Below, piece by piece: positions 37,932-46,848 of a stretch of 64,000 nucleotides of DNA. Position 1 is the first letter of the stretch; each line of letters starts with the position of its first letter. The translations under genes and the position numbers were made by a program. A model generated the notes under the pieces. It was not told the DNA's origin. It made no database searches and saw only the letters and a list, made by a program, of their open reading frames with translations. Location: assembly GCA_019057475.1 (NCBI GenBank), contig DXJO01000004.1:74953-138952 (forward strand). Reading direction: 5' to 3'. This stretch comes from Candidatus Thorarchaeota archaeon. GTDB taxonomy: Archaea; Asgardarchaeota; Thorarchaeia; Thorarchaeales; Thorarchaeaceae.

Positions 37932-38295
37932 GTGGACCCCGACCTTCGTCCCGTCATACTCTGGTTCGGCGGACCATATACACAGGATTGTTGAAACTAG
38001 GCTAACGAGCTATATTTGTCTTGACCATATGAATTGACTTTGTGCGAATCTATCTCATGAATACGCAGTGACCTTTCCGGAATGCCTAACGAAGACCGCA
38101 ACATTTCTATCATGCGCAAAGAACTCAGAAAACCCCAGCTCGAAACTCGCATTGACTCTCCGAAGTCAAGCGTCTGGAATAGACGAGAAACTTCAGGATT
38201 GGTAATTCGATCTTGCTGGTCGCCGATGGCATCGGGAGCTTTGAATACCCTGATAGTTAGGTAGGACCCTGTTGCATGAATAAGGAGGAAGTCGA

Positions 38296-38724
38296 ATGGA
38301 AATAGCTAAGTACGAAGACATCAGAATTGGACAGCATGCAGAATATGTACGCACAGTTACATCCGAGGATATTGAGATGTTTGGTCAGGTAAGTGGCGAT
38401 TACAACCCACTTCACTTCGATGAGGATTGGGCGAAGACAACGATGTTCAAGGGTCGAATCGCGCATGGAATACTGACCGCCACCTACGTAAGCACGGTGA
38501 TTGGGATGAAACTTCCTGGTCCTGGAACTATCTACATAAGTCAAAGCATGAAGTTTCGACGACCAGTCCGAATTGGTGATAAAATCACTGCTCGTGTTGA
38601 AGTCATAGATAAGACTGATGAAAAGGAATTCCTCACGTTGAAGACAGTCTGCATCAATCAAGAGGATAAGGTGGTTCTTGACGGAGAAGCTGTCGTCACC
38701 ATGATGAGATTGGACCGCACGTGA
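38296..38724 (+). CDS. MaoC/PhaJ-family (R)-enoyl-CoA hydratase
   Basis: SGDYNPLH, RIAHG, LPGPG, F.RPV.IGD. Confidence 0.95.
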   Translation: MEIAKYEDIRIGQHAEYVRTVTSEDIEMFGQVSGDYNPLHFDEDWAKTTMFKGRIAHGILTATYVSTVIGMKLPGPGTIYISQSMKFRRPVRIGDKITARVEVIDKTDEKEFLTLKTVCINQEDKVVLDGEAVVTMMRLDRT

Positions 38725-38988
38725 AACGCTGGATGATTTAACTCCCGGATAGTGCGCATTGATTCTATATGTAATGGATATGGGGTACCAGCTTTAATCG
38801 TGGCACAAGATATCGCCACCAGAAGCCCATGAAAGGGTTCAGGTAGTCCTTCTTTCTAAGGTCGACGATAGACGAAAACCAGTCCGGCCATCGTTGCGTC
38901 CTTGACTTTTGTTTCCGATGCGAAATCATTAATATGGTGAAGCTAATAGATTGCTGTTGCATTCCGTAATTGAATGAGGTAGAGGACC

Positions 38989-39894
38989 TTGGGCGAGGAA
39001 TCTAATGAAGATGTACTTCCTATCATTCGCTTAACCGTGCGTCTAAACAAACCTGTTGAAGACGTATGGGAAATACTCACAAACCCACTCCTGATGATTC
39101 AGTGGTTGGGCAATGAGATAACAGCAGACATCAAGCTTGGAGGCACCATACGCTTCATGGGCAAAAATGCTCCAACGATTCCTGAGATGGCGGATTACTG
39201 GGAGATAAAGAGGCTGAAGGATAAGAGGGCCATTCTGTGTAGCTGGCGGATTATGGGGGTTGACACTCTTTTCGTTCTGCGACTCACGAAGTCCGATGGC
39301 GGCTCGATATTGGAAGTAAAGCATGGTGCTGTTCCGAGGGAGGCGAGAAATCTCTATCTTCCTGAGCACTGGAATGTGATGTTCGCCAATCTGAAGGCCT
39401 CGTTGGAGCTTGGCGAGCCGGCTCTCCGATTCGACTATTCTAATTACAGACCGTTGAGTACCACTCGATACGACCCTGTCGATTTGCGCCTTAGTGTGCG
39501 GATTAACACTCCACCACAGTTGCCTTTCGATGCCTTCTCAAACCCCGAGAAACTCAGTCATTTCATTAGGGCCGACAAACCAAAGGTTGACCTTCGCTAT
39601 GCTGGCATTTTCACCTGGTGGGCCGAAGGCAAGGGGCCCGTTGTATTCACCAAGGTGGAGCAAGACCGTGAGCTGGAGTTCTCCTGGGTCTACCTAGATG
39701 AGAAAGAAACGCGTGTCAACATTCGATTTGTCCCAGTTGATGATAGTACCGTTGTGACCCTTCATCATTATGGGTTTGAAAAACCCGAGGATGTCATTGG
39801 CTATCGCATTGGCTGGTCAAGCATGCTCGCTGAGCTCAAGCTCGTCTGCGAGCTTGGAGAATCAGGCGTAACAAGGCTGGCAGATTGGACTTAA
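38989..39894 (+). CDS. Tandem SRPBCC/AHSA1-domain protein
   Basis: PVEDVWEILTNP..W and second repeat FDAFSNPE..TLHHYGF..GWS. Confidence 0.85.
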   Translation: MGEESNEDVLPIIRLTVRLNKPVEDVWEILTNPLLMIQWLGNEITADIKLGGTIRFMGKNAPTIPEMADYWEIKRLKDKRAILCSWRIMGVDTLFVLRLTKSDGGSILEVKHGAVPREARNLYLPEHWNVMFANLKASLELGEPALRFDYSNYRPLSTTRYDPVDLRLSVRINTPPQLPFDAFSNPEKLSHFIRADKPKVDLRYAGIFTWWAEGKGPVVFTKVEQDRELEFSWVYLDEKETRVNIRFVPVDDSTVVTLHHYGFEKPEDVIGYRIGWSSMLAELKLVCELGESGVTRLADWT

Positions 39895-39907
39895 ATCAGC
39901 AGGACGC

Positions 39908-40648
39908 CTACATCCCGAAGATAACCAGTCCTGGGAACAATAGAGCCCACATCAACAGAGCAGTGGCAAATGGAATCGCGAAATTATCGATCCAGCCAAT
40001 ACTTAGTATTTCAACAATCGCTATGACCGCGCCAATCAACAGTATCTGCGGGATTACGCAAAGCGGGCATCCAATACTCGAATACAATGCAAGAGCGGTG
40101 AGGACAGCAATACTGGTGAACACCAAGACTGCAACACTCCCCTCCACTGACTTCTGCCCTAGTTTTCTCCTGACGTACTTACCGCCTAGCGGCCTTCCCA
40201 CAGCCTCGCCTGCGGCGTCCCCCCATGATACCGCCAGTATGGATGCGACGAATATCGATGGTTCAGGCATGAACACGATGAACACTGAAATGAACGCGAT
40301 CATTCCCATGAAGGCGGATGCGAATGTGTTGAATCCGCTCTCGCCTTCTCTGCTACCTGAAATGAGCAATTCAGAGATCAGGTTGCTTTTGTGAGCCCAC
40401 GCGTAGATGAGAACAGTGAGAAAAATACCCCCCGCAAGCGTCGGCCCACTCAAGTTCGAGTAGGCAGGTACTGTTAGGGCGATAAATGTGCCTAGGGAAA
40501 TATGGACTATCTTCCTTCCTTGCCACCTGGGTAGGCCTTTCAATGACATCTTGAAAACTATTGCGAGAACAGCGAATGACAAGATACCCGTGAGCCCCGC
40601 CATGACAAGGTCCATGGTGGTCATGTTACCGAAGACAAGCTCAACCAT
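39908..40648 (-). CDS. CTP-dependent polyprenol/diacylglycerol kinase (dolichol/phytol kinase family)
   Basis: RKIVHI, WGDAAGEAVG, KSVEGS, IDNFAIP. Confidence 0.9.
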   Translation of the reverse strand: MVELVFGNMTTMDLVMAGLTGILSFAVLAIVFKMSLKGLPRWQGRKIVHISLGTFIALTVPAYSNLSGPTLAGGIFLTVLIYAWAHKSNLISELLISGSREGESGFNTFASAFMGMIAFISVFIVFMPEPSIFVASILAVSWGDAAGEAVGRPLGGKYVRRKLGQKSVEGSVAVLVFTSIAVLTALALYSSIGCPLCVIPQILLIGAVIAIVEILSIGWIDNFAIPFATALLMWALLFPGLVIFGM

Positions 40649-40865
40649 GTTGCTTCTTCCATTTCGCTTACTGACTTGCATATGTGTTTATTCATGCGCA
40701 ACATCACGTGCTTGAAATGTGGGTGTTCTTGCATTGAATTCTGACTAGATTCGGCGGAAATAATCTATCAACGCTAGCCTTATTTTGTCTATTTGCGTAC
40801 GCATTGAATTGCAGATTCGAATATCTGGACTGGTGGCGGGTTTCAGTCTGTTGGTAGTATGAATC

Positions 40866-41456
40866 ATGAAACCTCGGATTCCCCGAATGATGACCTATAA
40901 GACAGTGCTCATCGGCGATGGGGCAGTCGGGAAAACATCCATCCGACGCGCCTACATGGGGAAGGAATTCATGTCAAGTCATCTCGCGACCATAGGAGTC
41001 GATTTTGCTCAGAAACATATTCAAATCGAAGACGAAACCGTTCGATTCATTATTTGGGATCTAGCGGGTCAGCCAACGTTTGAAAGAGTCCGACGACACT
41101 ACTATCAAGGGTCTCATAGTCTCATTCTTGTGTACTCCGTGGTTGACCGTGAAACCTTCGATAACGCTTCCAAATGGCTCGTAGAGGCGTACAAGTACAT
41201 GGGGCAACTCCCGCCTACGGCAGTCATAGGGAATAAGATTGACCTCCGGTGGGGGTACCCGCGAGAGGATGTCATTTCAACTGAAGAAGGTCGAGAGTTT
41301 ACTGAATACTTCATCGAGAAACTGGAAGTGGACGCGATATTCAGGGAAACGTCCGCACTGACCGGTGTGAGTATCCAAGATATGTTCACCGAGCTGCTCA
41401 AGATGATGAGCAAGGACGCCGCAAAAACTCCTTCACCAGTGGATTCATCGGTTTAA
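40866..41456 (+). CDS. Rab-like small GTPase
   Basis: GDGAVGKTS, TIGVDF, WDLAGQ, YYQGS, NKID, ETSAL. Confidence 0.95.
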   Translation: MKPRIPRMMTYKTVLIGDGAVGKTSIRRAYMGKEFMSSHLATIGVDFAQKHIQIEDETVRFIIWDLAGQPTFERVRRHYYQGSHSLILVYSVVDRETFDNASKWLVEAYKYMGQLPPTAVIGNKIDLRWGYPREDVISTEEGREFTEYFIEKLEVDAIFRETSALTGVSIQDMFTELLKMMSKDAAKTPSPVDSSV

Positions 41457-41543
41457 ACCTATGATAATGACATCTCACCGGTGCTATCTGCTTTGGTGCC
41501 GATCGAGGTAACCTCCATAAGGCCTGGTGTGTGGAACTACGAT

Positions 41544-42776
41544 ATGCTTGAGGTTTCTCAAGAACAGGCTCAGCGATTCATCCTCGATGTTCAAGGACTC
41601 AGGACTGAGAAGCCATCCGAATCCATACTTAAAGTTGTCAGGCGGATTCACAATATCCAAATCGACACAATATCCGTTGTCACAAGAAGTCACGATCTAA
41701 CCATCTTCTGCAGATTACCGAGCTACAAGGAAGGCGAGGTATGGGGTTTCGAACGTCGCGGCAAGCTGTTCGAGTTCTGGTCACATGCAATGTGTCTGAT
41801 CCCAATGGAGTCCTTTCCATTCTACGCTTGGAAGATGGAGCAGCTAAGCAAGCAGACTACAGGTTGGCTGATTGAGTGGGGTGTGAAGAACAAGGACACT
41901 GTTGAAGCAGTCTATCGTCACGTGAAGAAGAACGGTCCGACCCAAAGCGCCAGTTTGGGTGCGAGAAAGAAAGGGAGCAACGGCTGGTGGGAATGGAAAG
42001 CAGAGAAACGCGCCTTAGAGCATTTGTTCACAGTAGGGCGCCTCATGGTTGCCTACCGAAAGGGGTTCCAGAAATACTACGATCTCAGGGAGAGAGTGCT
42101 CCCGTCCGGTCAAGATTCAGAACCCATGACGGACGAGAAAGTGGCCAACTTTGTGGTTCAAACAACTCTTGGTTCCCTGGGTCTAGCGAGCTACGAGGAT
42201 ATCAAGGTCTACCTAGGTCGAATGCCCGCACGTATTTTGTGGAAAAGCAGTCGAACAGCAATAGAAGGGTATCTTGACAATCTTCGTCAAGGTGGAGTTG
42301 TGGAAGAGGTATCTGTCACCGGTCTCGGAAATCGCTATTTCGTTCTCGGAAAGAATCACGATGTACTTGTGAACTCAGTCGACAACCCACTGAATAACGA
42401 AGCAGCACTCATCCTTAGCCCCTTTGACAACATAATGAGGGAGCGTCACCGTCCTCGAAAGATGTGGGGCTTCGAGTACAAGCTGGAAGCCTACACTCAG
42501 GCAGCGAAGCGCGTTTACGGTTACTATGTGCTTCCGATTCTTGACGGCCACGAGCTAATAGGACGGATGGATGCCAAGAAACATCGGGATGAAGGACTGC
42601 TGGAAGTCAAGGTGCTGCATTTCCAGAAAGGCCGCGCAAGTGACAGCTCTCTAGTTGAACGCGTGGCAATGGGTATCATGAACTTCATGCAGTTTCAGGG
42701 ATGCAGCCGCGTGAAGATAGGAGCGACCCACCCCCGAATTGCGAAGCGTGCACTGATGCAACATCTTGAGTTGTGA
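41544..42776 (+). CDS. ycaQ: YcaQ/AlkZ-family (HTH_42) interstrand crosslink DNA glycosylase
   Basis: IQIDTISVV.RSH (QxD), FEFWSH, LSPFDN, YKLEAY, YGYYVLPIL. Confidence 0.92.
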   Translation: MLEVSQEQAQRFILDVQGLRTEKPSESILKVVRRIHNIQIDTISVVTRSHDLTIFCRLPSYKEGEVWGFERRGKLFEFWSHAMCLIPMESFPFYAWKMEQLSKQTTGWLIEWGVKNKDTVEAVYRHVKKNGPTQSASLGARKKGSNGWWEWKAEKRALEHLFTVGRLMVAYRKGFQKYYDLRERVLPSGQDSEPMTDEKVANFVVQTTLGSLGLASYEDIKVYLGRMPARILWKSSRTAIEGYLDNLRQGGVVEEVSVTGLGNRYFVLGKNHDVLVNSVDNPLNNEAALILSPFDNIMRERHRPRKMWGFEYKLEAYTQAAKRVYGYYVLPILDGHELIGRMDAKKHRDEGLLEVKVLHFQKGRASDSSLVERVAMGIMNFMQFQGCSRVKIGATHPRIAKRALMQHLEL

Positions 42777-42784
42777 CGTATTAG

Positions 42785-43750
42785 CTAAGGATCACTGGTC
42801 TTCCACGCGTAGTACTCCTGAGTATGAATCTGTTCAAAACCATACATCTTGTACAGGTTTACTGCAGGAGTATTATCAACATCTGCTTCTAATTGTGCGA
42901 ACTTCACATTTTCCTCTTGTAGGCGGACAATTGTTTCATGAAGCACCGCTTTCATTATGCCCCTTCTCCAATACTTCGGAACAACTCCTACAGGACCAAT
43001 TTCGACACTTTCTTCCTCTGGTCGAACAATGGAGAATCCTACAACCTTTTCATCCATCAAAACAAGAACTGATGCTCTATGTAATGGTCTGTTTCTGTTG
43101 AACCAGTAGTTGAAGGCAGTCTTTTGCTGTGTTTCCGTCACATCTAGAAACAGTCGATCTTTTCCATGTCTGAAAGAATCAAAGAAAGGGCTCTCGATAT
43201 CCTTGTTTTCTACCTTGCCTATCTCTTCTATTCTGAAACCATCTGGGAGCGCTGGTGGTGCAGAGGGTAGAGTGAGGCTTTCTAAATCAACTCTCATGAA
43301 TACTTCTTTGGTGGCTCTATGAAAACCTGAGGTGTCGTACCATGATTTATACTCATCTCGAGCTTTGAGGATTGAATCTTGTATTGGACTAAGGTTCACC
43401 TCAAGTCGTTCTAATCCTGTTTCTTTGACATACTCTTTGCATGCGTGAATCAATGATTGAGCCAACCAAGCTCTATTAGTGGTCCGCTTCACAATTGGAT
43501 GCCAATTGCTGATGAAGGCCATATCAGGGGACCCTGTGTATAATTGCATGGCACCGACTATCTCATCGCCGCTTACAGCAAGGATTCCAATATTGTGGTC
43601 ATCTTGCGTCAGCTCTCCTAGCAATCTTTCAATCCTATCAAGGGTCCTAGTGTCCGAGTAAAACTGCGATGCTTGTCTTGTTTTGAATGTGAACTCTGAC
43701 AGCTTCTTTAGATCTACATCCTTGAGTTTGTCTATTGCTATCTTGACCGT
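42785..43750 (-). CDS. Tandem GNAT acetyltransferase; apparent start is ACG
   Basis: VGVVPKYWRRGI motif A, NTPAVNLYKMYGF, two GNAT repeats; AAGGAG 9 nt before ACG 43750; the track's N-terminal extension overlaps the neighbour and looks spurious. Confidence 0.88.
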   Translation of the reverse strand, partial: TVKIAIDKLKDVDLKKLSEFTFKTRQASQFYSDTRTLDRIERLLGELTQDDHNIGILAVSGDEIVGAMQLYTGSPDMAFISNWHPIVKRTTNRAWLAQSLIHACKEYVKETGLERLEVNLSPIQDSILKARDEYKSWYDTSGFHRATKEVFMRVDLESLTLPSAPPALPDGFRIEEIGKVENKDIESPFFDSFRHGKDRLFLDVTETQQKTAFNYWFNRNRPLHRASVLVLMDEKVVGFSIVRPEEESVEIGPVGVVPKYWRRGIMKAVLHETIVRLQEENVKFAQLEADVDNTPAVNLYKMYGFEQIHTQEYYAWKTSDP

Positions 43751-43821
43751 AGGAGCACGCTCCTTGACTACTGAGGTGCCAACACGTGATTCCGATTCTG
43801 GAATATAGTTTCCGGATGAAT

Positions 43822-44225
43822 CTAGGTTGTTTCCTGCTTTGGCCGAATGATGAAGATGTAGACCAGTACAACAATCACTACGACCACAACGATGGCACCA
43901 ATGATCAATGGCGTCACGTCTGCAGGGGGCGTTGTCACTATCGCAGCAGCCACCACGATGTAGCTGAAGTAGTCTGAACAATTGAGCGCAGTAATGGTTT
44001 TCCCGAACGTGTCCTCAGCAGTGATGTAGTATTCAACCACTGAATCCTCTGGCTGCCCAGGGATGGATGCGTTATAGCTGTCGTCGGGAATTGAACTCAT
44101 CTCCAGATTGGTCCAAGACCCTTCATCTGCCCTGTAGTAGAGCCTGACCGTGTCCAGGCTTGGGTCGATGACGATAGCCACATTAGAACCATAAGTAGCG
44201 CGAAGCGTTTCAGATTCGAGTTCAT
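43822..44225 (-). pseudogene. Internally deleted/frameshifted cell-surface protein: signal peptide plus Ig-like C-terminal domain and TM anchor
   Basis: AGGAG RBS + ATG 44225 MNSNLKRFALLMVLMWLSSSTQA in one frame; DTVRLYY..YNASIPG..VEYYITAEDTFGK + TM + RPKQ in another frame. Confidence 0.65.
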
Positions 44226-44511
44226 TTTTCTTTCTCCTAAGAACAACTGAAGAGCGTGATAACAAGACCGTCGGAAATCTGCCCTTACCTGTTCTTTGTG
44301 CGTGCCCTTGACGTGTTCTGAAAGGCAATCCGCAATCAGGAGGGTGCATACTCGCAAGAGCGCGCCGATTCTGTACGATTCGCTAACCTTATTTCCTCGA
44401 ATTACCAATACCTGAAGTGCCAAAACGTTATCGGGAGGTTCAAGCGGGCCATCATCTATTGATAGTGGACCCAAGCAGGTTCTCCCGAGTCGGTGGAGAG
44501 GAGCATTTCAA

Positions 44512-45111
44512 ATGAAAGACCAGGACGACGGCAGTAGAGTACTAAAAGCTGTGTTGATCGGTGACGGGGCTGTGGGCAAGACTAGCATCAGGCGCAACTA
44601 CCTGGGCGAGGACTTCTTAGAGGGCCATCTTGCGACCATTGGCGTGGACCTTGCAACAAAGCGCGTTCTGTTTGATCAGGAAGTCGTGAAATTTATTCTC
44701 TGGGATCTCGCGGGGCAGCCAACGTTCGAGAAGGTTCGAGGGCATTATTACCACGGGTCCAACGGGATAATTCTCGTGTATAGTGTCGTCAATAGGGACT
44801 CGTTCGACAATGCATCAAAGTGGTTTGTCGAGGCCTATCGGAACATGGGCACTCTACCGCCGACAGTTATCGTGGCTAACAAGATTGATCTGCTGCCTGG
44901 AGCAGATGCGTCCAAGGTTGTCACTACGGAGGAGGGCAAAGCCTTTACCAAGTACTTCATTGACAAGCTAGAAGTTCCGGCGGTGTTCATCGAAACCTCA
45001 GCAAAGACCGGCGAGAACATCCAAGACACATTCACTCACCTGCTCAAGATGATGTCACAGGCGGAGCAGGATGACGAGTCCGGAATCTTTCAGGGTGACC
45101 CTGGGATCTAG
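44512..45111 (+). CDS. Rab-like small GTPase (close paralog of 40866-41456)
   Basis: GDGAVGKTS, TIGVDL, WDLAGQPTFE, NKID, ETSAK. Confidence 0.95.
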   Translation: MKDQDDGSRVLKAVLIGDGAVGKTSIRRNYLGEDFLEGHLATIGVDLATKRVLFDQEVVKFILWDLAGQPTFEKVRGHYYHGSNGIILVYSVVNRDSFDNASKWFVEAYRNMGTLPPTVIVANKIDLLPGADASKVVTTEEGKAFTKYFIDKLEVPAVFIETSAKTGENIQDTFTHLLKMMSQAEQDDESGIFQGDPGI

Positions 45112-45321
45112 TCCTCTACAAAGGCGAGAAACTTCCCTATCGTAAGGGTTATTGCATTCCGAGAGCATCCCATTTTAACCATTGTTATCTCCCAAATGTA
45201 TGTATACGTGGTTAGGAGGGGGATTCGTTGGGGATTGACTATTTTTCGTTCTAATTGAGTAAAATGTATATCTCAAAGACAGGGATAAATCAGAAGAGCA
45301 ACAGTTTAGGGAGAGAGAATA

Positions 45322-46065
45322 TTGTTTAGTAGTAAAGGAAAAGTTGCAGTGGTAACAGGCTCCGCAGGACGCGGGATGGGAAGAAGCATAGCTCTTACTC
45401 TTGCACGTGAAGGAGCAAGTGTGGTTGTCAACTATCTGAATAGCAAGAGTAGAGCCAGTGCAATTGTTGACTACATTGAAGACAATGGCGGGAGTGCAAT
45501 ATCTATTCAAGCCAATGTATTCGTGAAGGATGGTTGTGAAAAACTAATAGATGCAGCCATCAAGGAATTTGAGAAAGTTGATATCTGCATAATCAATCCG
45601 GGTGCAGGTTGGCACCCTGAACCCCTAGATGTCTTTGACCCCGTTCTAGCTCTTGAAGATTTGATTCAAGAGATTGCACCTTTCTTTCATCTGATGCGTT
45701 TACTTCTGCCTGAGATGTATAAAAGACGATGGGGACGTCTTATTGGTATCACATTACATCCTGTGCAAAATTCTCCATCATACTCTTACAACGTTGGGAA
45801 AGCTGCTAGACTGCAAGCAATACATCTCGCCTATGAGGAAGCATGGGAACAGGGAGTAACAATCAATGCAATAGCGCCAGGACCCGTATCACCTTTTGAG
45901 AGCTTTGAACAAGCTGTCGCATATTACAATCATGAAAAAGAGTGGCTAGAGAGGAGAGATGTGACTCCGCAGGATATTGCTGAGAGTATAGCATTCCTTT
46001 GTTCAGAGGTAGGAAGTTACATCTCTGGGAGTGTCATACCCTTTATGTTCCACAAGAAGAGGTAG
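45322..46065 (+). CDS. Short-chain dehydrogenase/reductase (divergent)
   Basis: VTGSAGRGMG, YNVGK (YxxxK), NAIAPG, SYISG. Confidence 0.9.
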   Translation: MFSSKGKVAVVTGSAGRGMGRSIALTLAREGASVVVNYLNSKSRASAIVDYIEDNGGSAISIQANVFVKDGCEKLIDAAIKEFEKVDICIINPGAGWHPEPLDVFDPVLALEDLIQEIAPFFHLMRLLLPEMYKRRWGRLIGITLHPVQNSPSYSYNVGKAARLQAIHLAYEEAWEQGVTINAIAPGPVSPFESFEQAVAYYNHEKEWLERRDVTPQDIAESIAFLCSEVGSYISGSVIPFMFHKKR

Positions 46066-46241
46066 AATTAGCGCTTGAAGTATAATGCAGAAAGATCATC
46101 AAGGAATAGGGGTATTCATTATCGCTTGGATTTCAACAAATCTCGCATGGAGTTGAGATAGATTGAGCGTTGAACTTCCAGACGAATCTTGACGGATCCT
46201 ACCTACTGGCTGCATATTTTAGATTATCAAGAGGCTTTCAA

Positions 46242-46628
46242 TCATGTTTCAGTCGCTACTATGAATTGACTTCTAACGCCTGGTGTCAAGAGATAGACAA
46301 TGATTGCGATGGACAATGCTATGCTTAGGATGCTGTTGAATAAAGTAATGCTGGCTGAAGGGATGTCCATCAGCACTCTAATCAGTATCCCAAGCAATAA
46401 TACCGCATTTGTCAAGACATTCCCCCACCACGCCCAAGAATGCAGAGCATCAAGTGCCCATCCCATGGCGATGAGGACTACACCATAACCTATCAACAGG
46501 AGTCCATTGACTATGTGAAAGAACAACACTAGTAGACCCAGTACAGAAAACCCCATTCCATATAAGATCTCCAGGGTGGCAATCATGCCTACACCCCTAG
46601 GGCTATCTGACGACCTTGTACCTTTCAA
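46242..46628 (-). CDS. Small 4-TM membrane protein
   Basis: PRGV..IA, WAWW, YLLTPGVRSQF pattern; hydrophobic segments. Confidence 0.75.
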   Translation of the reverse strand: MKGTRSSDSPRGVGMIATLEILYGMGFSVLGLLVLFFHIVNGLLLIGYGVVLIAMGWALDALHSWAWWGNVLTNAVLLLGILIRVLMDIPSASITLFNSILSIALSIAIIVYLLTPGVRSQFIVATET

Positions 46629-46848
46629 CTTAGCTTTCCCTCCACATCCTAAGCTTCAATGGCTCCGTCACCTAATAATCATACAGTGGGTCCGCTGCTA
46701 TGAAGGGAAAGGCGACCTTGTACTACTTGTTTATTCAATGGAATATCGCCAAGAATACTAGGTCCCAAAGCCATAAGTATTTAACTATTGTGCATTATTG
46801 TTTTACCATTGTTAACCAACAGTGGCTTTTTTCACTATTCGCGGACTG

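Noticed and set aside
38082-38264. 60-aa ORF and three short hairpins upstream of maoC
   Set aside because: Stems of only 5-6 bp are expected by chance; ORF lacks RBS and motifs.
38765-38962. 65-aa minus-strand ORF between maoC and SRPBCC genes
   Set aside because: No RBS or recognisable family; cannot support coding status.
22995-45111. A CAAX/prenylation pathway (Ste24-like M48, ICMT-like methyltransferase, polyprenol kinase, Rab-like GTPases)
   Set aside because: None of the three GTPases ends in CAAX, CC or CXC; no prenyltransferase in the window; the genes are dispersed and these families are widespread in prokaryotes. Only the doubtful small ORF 20529-20759 ends in CAC.
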